Shown here piece by piece: positions 56,877-64,000 of a stretch of DNA of 64,000 nucleotides. The translations under genes were made by a program, and so were the position numbers. The notes under the pieces are model-generated. The model made no database searches. It saw only the letters and a list, made by a program, of their open reading frames with translations, and was not told where the DNA came from. Origin of the DNA: Lentisphaeria bacterium (GTDB taxonomy: Bacteria; Verrucomicrobiota; Lentisphaeria; Victivallales; UBA1829); assembly GCA_017503375.1 (NCBI GenBank), contig JAFVTF010000067.1, positions 4,042-68,041 on the forward strand. The letters are read 5' to 3'. Each line of letters opens with the position of its first letter. Position 1 is the stretch's first letter.

Positions 56877-58214
56877 TTATTTTTCAATCATTTTACCATT
56901 CAGATTCAGCGGTTTGCCGAATTTACAGTTTTCCATTTCTGTATCTTTGTCGTTGAAAGTTACAACTCCATATTTCCAGCCGGGTTCCTCATTCCATTTA
57001 ATTCTGATCCGGTTGAAACGGACATCCTTTGCATGGGCAATGTAAAACGCCCCTTCCGATTGTGTCTTGCCCCATTCTCCGTAAGGACCTTCAATATTAT
57101 CGGAATGTGGAGTGTGCGTTCCGATACATTCCAGTTCCATATCTTCAAAGGAAATATTTTCAATTCCGGTTCCGGCATTTCCGCTGACGGATATATTTTT
57201 ACTGAAGGTTCCCCGGATATGACGGAAACTGATATTTTTGATCATTTTTGCTGCAGGTTCCGGTCTGGCGCCTTTAACATTGCTCAGAACAAGAATCGGG
57301 TTTTCCACGTTCATTTGCAGATTGGAAAATGAGATGTTTTCGATCTGAACACCAGTATCCGGTTTGGCAAGATAATTGGAAATGATGGCAATGGCGGTTC
57401 TTGTATTGTAGAAGACGATATTGGAGAACGTGGCATTGCGGACAATACCATTTCCCACTCCTATGCGGATTGCGTTGCAGTTCGTATGAAGAATACAGTT
57501 TGTGACAGTCACCAATTCACAGGGCTTTTTGTTTTTGATTCTGGCGTCGGAACCGCGCAACGTGATGCAGTCATCACCGGCATCAATGATGCAGTCGGAA
57601 ATCGTCACCCGGCGGCAGCAGTCAATGTCGATTCCATCCCCGTTGAAAGTCCGCTGATCGTTCAGAACCCTCAAACCGTGGATCTGTACATCATCGCTGC
57701 CATGCACAAAGCAAGTCCAGTACGGAGCATTGTAAAGTTTCAGATCAAGAATCTTGACATTTCTGCATTCCTCGAAAAAGATCATCTGACCGGGACGCCA
57801 GATGCGCATGAGTTCTTCCGGTGAGAATTTTCCATCGATCCTGTCGCAGGTCGGCTGGGTTTTATCCCCGTAAAACGCCTGACGGTTTCCGTCAATGATT
57901 CCGGTTCCGGAAAGGGTGATATTTTCCTGTTCCACAGCAACGATAAAATGAGCTCCGCTGACAAATTCCTGGGAAAATACCAGATTTTGCGGACAGAAAT
58001 CATCTTTATTGTAGTCTTCTTTATCAGGGCTTGCTTTCAAGGTTGCGCCGGTTTCCAGATGCAACCCTCCGTTTGATTTCAGATAAAGGGTTCCGGAAAG
58101 GTAAGTTCCGGGCGGAAAGTAAACCATGCCGCCCGCATCAATAGCTTTCTGGATAGCTGCTGTATCTTTTGTGATTCCATCACCGACAGCACCGTAATCT
58201 TTTACGTTCCGCAT
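56877..58214 (-). CDS. GH28-family glycoside hydrolase (polygalacturonase-like), no signal peptide
   Basis: [26 protein letters not shown] opening, [18 protein letters not shown], and a beta-helix repeat pattern. Confidence 0.75.
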   Translation of the reverse strand: MRNVKDYGAVGDGITKDTAAIQKAIDAGGMVYFPPGTYLSGTLYLKSNGGLHLETGATLKASPDKEDYNKDDFCPQNLVFSQEFVSGAHFIVAVEQENITLSGTGIIDGNRQAFYGDKTQPTCDRIDGKFSPEELMRIWRPGQMIFFEECRNVKILDLKLYNAPYWTCFVHGSDDVQIHGLRVLNDQRTFNGDGIDIDCCRRVTISDCIIDAGDDCITLRGSDARIKNKKPCELVTVTNCILHTNCNAIRIGVGNGIVRNATFSNIVFYNTRTAIAIISNYLAKPDTGVQIENISFSNLQMNVENPILVLSNVKGARPEPAAKMIKNISFRHIRGTFSKNISVSGNAGTGIENISFEDMELECIGTHTPHSDNIEGPYGEWGKTQSEGAFYIAHAKDVRFNRIRIKWNEEPGWKYGVVTFNDKDTEMENCKFGKPLNLNGKMIEK

Positions 58215-58232
58215 AAGTAAATAACCTCAAAA

Positions 58233-58928
58233 TTAATTATACCGGGAGCCAGTCCTAGTCCATTTATAAAGATCATTCATGCAAGCATCTGTCGGCAGTT
58301 TCATGATTTCCACATGTCCATCAGCATGACCGGTATTTGCTTTCATATTATGTCTTGCCATCAGCCAGTCGATACGTTCCTGACTTGCGAGATTTCCCCA
58401 TCCGGAATAATAAGTTGCAGTACCGCTAGGACTGAAATTTGTTGATTTTTCCATATCCCACATCCAAACGTGTTTGGACGGCTGTCTGATGGAGACCCGT
58501 TTATGCCGGAGTGTTGCGTTGTCGTAGGGGAAGCAGTTTGTATTTACCCAGTAACTGAGTCTGTAACCATAGAATCCGCTGGTCCAGAGATGTTTGTCGG
58601 AAGGACAGCTGAAAAGACTGTTTTTACCCGTAGCTTTCGGGGTCTTGTAGTAGTTGTGATGAATGACCCCCATCCAGGTATCATTCGTTGCTGTAGGAGT
58701 TTTCATTCTGCTGAGCGGCATGAAACCGTCACTGTCATCACTGTATGCATTGATGAACAAAAGCAGCTGTTTGATATTTCCCTTGCAGGAAGCCATTCTG
58801 CTGTTTTCCCGTGCGTTGTTCAGAGCAGGAAGCAGCATCCCGGCGAGAATTGCGATAATTGCGATCACAACGAGCAGTTCAATCAGTGTGAAACTCATGT
58901 GTTTTTCTCTGTTTCGGAAATTTTTCAT
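58233..58928 (-). CDS. Prepilin-type N-terminal domain protein of the H-X9-DG / DUF1559 family
   Basis: [44 protein letters not shown]-terminal [12 protein letters not shown]. Confidence 0.85.
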   Translation of the reverse strand: MKNFRNREKHMSFTLIELLVVIAIIAILAGMLLPALNNARENSRMASCKGNIKQLLLFINAYSDDSDGFMPLSRMKTPTATNDTWMGVIHHNYYKTPKATGKNSLFSCPSDKHLWTSGFYGYRLSYWVNTNCFPYDNATLRHKRVSIRQPSKHVWMWDMEKSTNFSPSGTATYYSGWGNLASQERIDWLMARHNMKANTGHADGHVEIMKLPTDACMNDLYKWTRTGSRYN

Positions 58929-58948
58929 TTTTTTTCCTTTCTTTATGG

Positions 58949-60409
58949 TTATACAACAATTTTCTCTTGAATTTCGATTCTCTGTTTCAGACTTTCAAAC
59001 TTGTTTTTCATTGCTTTTATAAACTCATCAACGGTCATGGAACCGTACAGCAATTCTTTCAGTTCCTCTCTCAGATAGAAAATGATGAGATCTGAAAAGC
59101 AATGACTGTTTTTATCCTGATCTTTCCGCGGAGCAAGGTTTTGAAGAAATTCAGCTGTCATTTGTTTTGTCTGATGATATTTATTTTTCATGTGTTCAAA
59201 AAACAGCTGTTTATGGACAGGGAAGTTTCCTTTGAATTCAGCACAAGGTTTCTGTACTTCATACGAGAGCAGGTAATGCAGGAAATCTGCTGCGGCGTGA
59301 ACATTGAGACAATTTTTGGAAATTGCAATTTTCAGGAATTCCACAGACAGATTTTTTTGGCTTGGAAACGTGAGAAAACCACATCGGAAATTCGGCGGGT
59401 CAAGCACTTGAAGATGGGAAAGCTGTCCCAGGAGAAAGAGCCGCTGACCTTGCAGAAAGTTTTCCAGATTGTCAAAGGTATATTTCTGGTCTGTAACAAA
59501 AAGCTTGTCAATATTATTTCCGGCTGACCTTCCAGCTTGAACAAGTTTTTCCAGAATTGGACGGAATCTGTTCATATCATTGATATTTTCCAGATCCGTC
59601 TGTAAATAGAGATAATCCCAGATCCTGACACCGGAGAGACATCCATCGGGCAGTTTTTCAGCTGAATCCATAAGAAGATCAAGCAGTTTTCCGCCGCTTA
59701 CTTTTTCAGGGATTCCGGAAATTCCGATTTTTTCTGCCAGTTCCTGATTCCAGAGAATAATGGGTGCAGAAAGATAGAACGGAACAGAATAGGTTAGATC
59801 AATATTCAAATCTTTCAGTATGTAAGAATCTGAATTTTCAACGGATTTCAGCCTTGCCGGGATTTTTATGAAGTCTTTTTCGTAATTCAGTCTGAACAAA
59901 TGCGACAACATCATGATATCAATTTTTTGGGATTGAATGATCTCTTTGATGTTATTTTGCCGGGAAAGATTTTCCATCCATACAGGTTCGACAGTAACAG
60001 ATCCATTCCTGTTGTTGTAATTATCAATCACTGTTTCCCAGAATTTTCTTTGAATGGGAAGATCCTCATAGATCAGAAAACGCAAAGGCGGCTGATGCAT
60101 GATTTCATGCTGCATACCGGGGATGAACGGGTTTGGCTGAATGGAACGGCATTGTTTCTTCGGAGCAACCATTGTACCCAGTCTTCCGTGGCGGATGATA
60201 GCTCCACTGACATAGAACTTATTCAGCGCACTCCGGACGGTGACACGGCTGATCTGCAATGATTCAGAAATCATGCGTTCCGGGGGGAGAGGAGTTCCTG
60301 CCTCCAGATTTTCGATCAGTTTTTCCAGCTGGTTTTCCAATTGACTTTTCAGAGACTTAGGAGAAGTCCTGTCAATCATCAGTACCTGCAGCATTTCATC
60401 GGTCGTCAT
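58949..60409 (-). CDS. One-component regulator: GntR-type winged HTH fused to a solute-binding-protein-like domain (paralog of 18721-20103)
   Basis: [43 protein letters not shown]. The C-terminal ~400 aa have the same SBP-like layout (…[25 protein letters not shown]…). No signal peptide. Confidence 0.7.
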   Translation of the reverse strand: MTTDEMLQVLMIDRTSPKSLKSQLENQLEKLIENLEAGTPLPPERMISESLQISRVTVRSALNKFYVSGAIIRHGRLGTMVAPKKQCRSIQPNPFIPGMQHEIMHQPPLRFLIYEDLPIQRKFWETVIDNYNNRNGSVTVEPVWMENLSRQNNIKEIIQSQKIDIMMLSHLFRLNYEKDFIKIPARLKSVENSDSYILKDLNIDLTYSVPFYLSAPIILWNQELAEKIGISGIPEKVSGGKLLDLLMDSAEKLPDGCLSGVRIWDYLYLQTDLENINDMNRFRPILEKLVQAGRSAGNNIDKLFVTDQKYTFDNLENFLQGQRLFLLGQLSHLQVLDPPNFRCGFLTFPSQKNLSVEFLKIAISKNCLNVHAAADFLHYLLSYEVQKPCAEFKGNFPVHKQLFFEHMKNKYHQTKQMTAEFLQNLAPRKDQDKNSHCFSDLIIFYLREELKELLYGSMTVDEFIKAMKNKFESLKQRIEIQEKIVV

Positions 60410-60437
60410 AATTCTGAAACTTTATTTTGTTTGTTTT

Positions 60438-60455
60438 AATACCAATAATACCAAT
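60438..60455 (-). promoter_or_regulatory. Tandem 9-bp repeat ATTGGTATT x2 in the regulator leader (candidate operator)
   Basis: The + strand reads aataccaat twice in tandem, located between the -10 box and ATG 60409. Confidence 0.4.
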
Positions 60456-60464
60456 TGTTACCCT

Positions 60465-60493
60465 ATTATACCACAAATAAATCAGATTGTCAA
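60465..60493 (-). promoter_or_regulatory. Sigma70-type promoter of the locus-4 operon
   Basis: Minus strand reads TTGACA-17 nt-TATAAT. Confidence 0.6.
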
Positions 60494-60777
60494 GCCCCCT
60501 GAATGATAAAAAAGAGAGAAAAAACAGGTATTGTGCAAGAAATTGAATTGTTTTTTACAAGATCGAACAAAGAATAGAAAAGAATTTCTCAAACATATTA
60601 CGAAGGACTTTCAAGTTTTTTTAATTTTTTGAAATTACCTCTTTTATTTGCAGTTTTGTTTTGATAAAATAGAGAAAAAGGCAAAAAATTAGTTTTTTCA
60701 GTATTGAAATTTCTGAAAAATGTGATATATTAGGGCTCCGATTACTGAATAGAGCAAGTCAGGAAAGGAAACAGACA

Positions 60778-63700
60778 ATGCCGAAACGCACGGACATTAA
60801 GAAGGTCTTGATCATTGGGTCAGGTCCCATCATCATCGGTCAGGCATGTGAGTTCGATTACTCCGGAACTCAGGCATGCAAGGCACTCCGCAATCTTGGT
60901 TATGAAATCGTTCTCGTGAACTCCAACCCCGCAACGATCATGACCGACCCCGGAACTGCTGATCACACCTACATTGAACCTCTCACAGTTGACAGGCTGG
61001 AAAAGATCATCGAAAAAGAACGTCCGGATGCACTTCTGCCCAACCTGGGCGGTCAGACAGCTCTGAACCTTTCCACCGCACTTCATGAAGAAGGTATTCT
61101 CAAGAAATACGGCGTGAAAGTGATTGGTGTCGACCTCGAAGCTATTCAGCGCGGCGAAGACCGTATCATCTTCAAAGAAACCATGAAGAAAATCGGGGTT
61201 CCCATGGCAAAGTCCGAACCCTGTACCACTGTCGAAGGCGCAGAAAAAATCGCCAATGATTTCGGCTATCCTGTCGTTCTCCGTCCCGCTTACACTATGG
61301 GCGGAACAGGCGGCGGTATCGTTTACAATGTGGAAGAACTCCGTGAAGTTTGTGCCCGCGGTCTGGAAGCAAGTTTGATTCATCAGGTCCTCGTTGAAGA
61401 ATGTGTCACCGGATGGATGGAATTGGAACTGGAAGTCGTCCGCGATGCTGAAGGCAATAAGATTACTGTCTGTTTCATTGAAAACGTTGACCCGATGGGA
61501 ACTCATACCGGAGACAGCTTCTGCGTTGCTCCCATGCTGACCGTTCCGGAATCCCTGCAGAAGCGTTTGCAGGATTATGCTTACAGAATCGTTGATGAAG
61601 TCGGTATCACAGGCGGCGGAAACGTTCAGTTCTCCTACAATCCTGCTGATGACCGCATCATTGTGATTGAAATCAACCCCAGAACCTCCCGTTCCTCTGC
61701 TCTGGCATCCAAAGCAACCGGATTCCCGATTGCAAGTGTTTCCACTCAGCTCGCAGCAGGATTGACTCTGAAGGAACTGCCCTACTGGAAAGAAGGAACT
61801 CTGGAAAAATATGTTCCCACCGGCGATTATGTCGTTGTAAAATTCGCACGCTGGGCATTTGAAAAATTCCCGCAGGCAGCGGATTGCCTCGGAACCCAGA
61901 TGAAGGCTGTCGGAGAAATGATGAGTATCGGACAGAACTTCAAGGAAGCGTTCCAGAAAGGTATCCGTTCTCTTGAAATCGGCAGATACGGACTCGGTTT
62001 TGTCAAGAAGATCGAAAAGCTTTCTGCTGAAGAACTGAAACAGAGGATCGTCACTCCCAACAGTCAGCGTTTCTTCCAGATTTATGAAGCAATGAAGAAG
62101 GGCGTGACCGTTGATGAAGTTGTCAAAGCTACCAAGATCACCCGTTACTTCATCGAACAGATGTATGAACTGGTTCAGTCCGAACTCAATATGATCGCCA
62201 AAGGCTGGAAGGGTATCACGGATGCGGAACTCGTTCAGGCAAAGCGTGATGGTTTCGCAGATAAATATCTTGCCCGGATTTTCGATGTTACAGAGAAAGA
62301 AGTCCGTGACCGCAGACGCGCAGCAGGTGCAAAGGTTGTTTACCGCGCTATTCCCGTTTCCGGTGTGGAAAATCAGGAATATTATTACTCCACCTATGCA
62401 GATGTGGAAGATAATGTAAAAGTTTCCGATAAACGCAAGATCATGATTCTCGGCGGCGGACCCAACCGTATCGGTCAGGGGATTGAATTTGACTACACCT
62501 GCGTTCATGCAGCATTTGCACTCCGCGATGAAGATTGTGAATCTGTGATGATCAACTGTAACCCGGAAACAGTTTCCACCGACTATGACACAAGCAACAA
62601 ACTCTACTTTGAACCTCTCACAGTGGAAGATGTGCTGGCTGTCTACGAAAAGGAAAAACCGGAAGGTGTCATCGTTCAGTTCGGTGGACAGACTCCGTTG
62701 AATATTGCTCAGGAACTGAAAGATGCCGGATTGAATATTCTCGGAACCCAGCCGGAAGGGATCCGTCTGGCAGAAGACCGTGAATATTTCCGTGAACGGA
62801 TGATCGCTCTTGGAATTCCGCAGCCGAAGAGCGGAACAGCGATCTCTCTGGAAGAAGCTATCGCACTCGGAAATGAAGTCGGTTATCCTGTGATGGTCCG
62901 TCCCTCCTTTGTTCTCGGCGGACGCGGTATGGCAGTTCTTCACAACGAAGAAGAACTCAAGAAATATGCTGTTGAAGCAATCCAGGTCAGCCCGGAATAT
63001 CCCATGCTGATCGACCGCTTCCTTGATAATGCAACCGAATGTGAAGTGGATGCCCTTTCCGATGGAAAGACCACCTTCCTTGCAACTGTGATGGAACACA
63101 TTGAGCTTGCCGGTATTCACTCCGGAGACTCAGCATGTGCAATTCCTCCTGTGACATTGAAGCAGGAACACCTTGACACCATCGAACGTTACTCTGCAGC
63201 AATTGCGGCTGACTTCAAGGTGGAAGGTATTCTGAACGTTCAGTATGCGGTTTGCGATGATGTTGTTTATATCATTGAAGCCAACCCACGTGCATCCAGA
63301 ACCGTGCCTCTGGTGGCAAAAGTCACCGGCGTTCCTCTTGCAAGAATTGCAACCGGTTTGATGCTCGGACACCCGATGGAAGAATTCAAACCTCTGCTGA
63401 AACGCAAGTCCTCCAGCTACTATGGTGTGAAGGAAGCAGTCTTCCCGTTCAATATGTTCCCCGAAGTTGACCCGATTCTCGGACCTGAAATGCGTGCAAC
63501 CGGTGAAGTGATGGGCTTGGCTGACAACTTCGGTCTTGCCTACTTCAAGGCTCAGGAAGCAGCCGGTGGAAAACTTCCGCTGGAAGGAACCGCTCTCATC
63601 TCTGTCAACAAGAAAGAACGTCAGTATCTTCTCCCCGTTGCTCAGGGCCTGCAGAAACTCGGTTTCCCGATTTATGCAACAGAAGGTACCAGTGCATTCC

Positions 63701-63984
63701 TTACAGAAAACGGAATTGAAAACACCATGATCAACAAGATCGGTGAAGGAAGACCGGATGTCAGCGATCTGATCAAGAATCATACAGTGAACCTGATCAT
63801 CAATACTCCGAAGGATAAGACGGAAAAACGCGATGACAGCTATATCCGCATGATGGCGATTCAGTACAAGATTCCGTTCATGACAACGATTGCTGCTGCC
63901 AAAGCAAGTATTTCCGGTATTGAAGCCGCACGGAAACAGGCGATTCCGCCGAAATCCCTGCAGGAATACCATTCCGGAAAATAA
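60778..63984 (+). CDS. carB: Carbamoyl-phosphate synthase large subunit
   Basis: 1068 aa with duplicated ATP-grasp halves. IIGSGPIIIGQACEFDYSGTQA opening, a second GGGPNRIGQGIEFDY repeat, and an MGS-like C-terminus. Confidence 0.95.
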   Translation: MPKRTDIKKVLIIGSGPIIIGQACEFDYSGTQACKALRNLGYEIVLVNSNPATIMTDPGTADHTYIEPLTVDRLEKIIEKERPDALLPNLGGQTALNLSTALHEEGILKKYGVKVIGVDLEAIQRGEDRIIFKETMKKIGVPMAKSEPCTTVEGAEKIANDFGYPVVLRPAYTMGGTGGGIVYNVEELREVCARGLEASLIHQVLVEECVTGWMELELEVVRDAEGNKITVCFIENVDPMGTHTGDSFCVAPMLTVPESLQKRLQDYAYRIVDEVGITGGGNVQFSYNPADDRIIVIEINPRTSRSSALASKATGFPIASVSTQLAAGLTLKELPYWKEGTLEKYVPTGDYVVVKFARWAFEKFPQAADCLGTQMKAVGEMMSIGQNFKEAFQKGIRSLEIGRYGLGFVKKIEKLSAEELKQRIVTPNSQRFFQIYEAMKKGVTVDEVVKATKITRYFIEQMYELVQSELNMIAKGWKGITDAELVQAKRDGFADKYLARIFDVTEKEVRDRRRAAGAKVVYRAIPVSGVENQEYYYSTYADVEDNVKVSDKRKIMILGGGPNRIGQGIEFDYTCVHAAFALRDEDCESVMINCNPETVSTDYDTSNKLYFEPLTVEDVLAVYEKEKPEGVIVQFGGQTPLNIAQELKDAGLNILGTQPEGIRLAEDREYFRERMIALGIPQPKSGTAISLEEAIALGNEVGYPVMVRPSFVLGGRGMAVLHNEEELKKYAVEAIQVSPEYPMLIDRFLDNATECEVDALSDGKTTFLATVMEHIELAGIHSGDSACAIPPVTLKQEHLDTIERYSAAIAADFKVEGILNVQYAVCDDVVYIIEANPRASRTVPLVAKVTGVPLARIATGLMLGHPMEEFKPLLKRKSSSYYGVKEAVFPFNMFPEVDPILGPEMRATGEVMGLADNFGLAYFKAQEAAGGKLPLEGTALISVNKKERQYLLPVAQGLQKLGFPIYATEGTSAFLTENGIENTMINKIGEGRPDVSDLIKNHTVNLIINTPKDKTEKRDDSYIRMMAIQYKIPFMTTIAAAKASISGIEAARKQAIPPKSLQEYHSGK

Positions 63985-64000
63985 TTGATCGTTCTATCTG

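Noticed and set aside
60820-63120. 766-aa ORF antisense to carB
   Set aside because: Same reasoning. It is a mirror-frame ORF within a universally conserved gene, with no independent coding signal.
1-64000. Scan for CRISPR arrays, tRNA/rRNA genes, transposases, integrases, and phage or conjugation genes
   Set aside because: No regularly spaced short repeats, no T-loop/anticodon-arm-like structures in any intergenic gap over 100 nt, and no ORF with recombinase or transposase motifs were seen. This was a by-eye scan only and should be confirmed with tRNAscan-SE, Infernal and ISfinder searches.

Overview
This 64-kb bacterial window is roughly 45-50% G+C by eye. It probably comes from the PVC superphylum (Lentisphaerota/Victivallales-like). 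I infer that from five H-X9-DG/DUF1559 prepilin-like paralogs and DUF4838-type secreted proteins, not from any search. All calls rest on reading the ORF track and the raw sequence, with no alignments or HMMs run.

Conserved housekeeping blocks are: ygiQ' fragment, tolB-like, folC; FHA-ftsH-yggU; tig-clpP-clpX; nif3-proA; FMN riboswitch-ribBA-ribH-nusB-ftsY ... ribD; nudix-MATE; carB.

These blocks alternate with four accessory, minus-strand, glycan-utilisation-like cassettes. All four share one architecture: a dedicated one-component regulator (GntR-HTH fused to a sugar-binding-protein-like domain, or AraC), then a ~230-260 aa H-X9-DG prepilin-like protein, then glycan-active enzymes (DUF4838, GH28, beta-helix, GH65-like, LamG-containing giant). 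None of them encodes a recognisable transporter. This repeated module is the main candidate for an undescribed system.

Other notable items:
- A low-GC AAA-ATPase/PD-(D/E)XK gene inserted behind yggU, bracketed by ~107-nt direct repeats that duplicate the yggU 3' end.
- A ~150-nt two-hairpin intergenic repeat family.
- A composite heptad-bearing palindrome between clpX and nif3.
- Two tandem secreted papain-fold (Q-C-H-D) paralogs wedged between ftsY and ribD.
- AraC-type direct repeats spaced 21 bp apart next to a consensus promoter.
- 9-bp periodic repeats in the leaders of the GntR-SBP regulators.

I found no rRNA, tRNA, CRISPR array, transposase or integrase.
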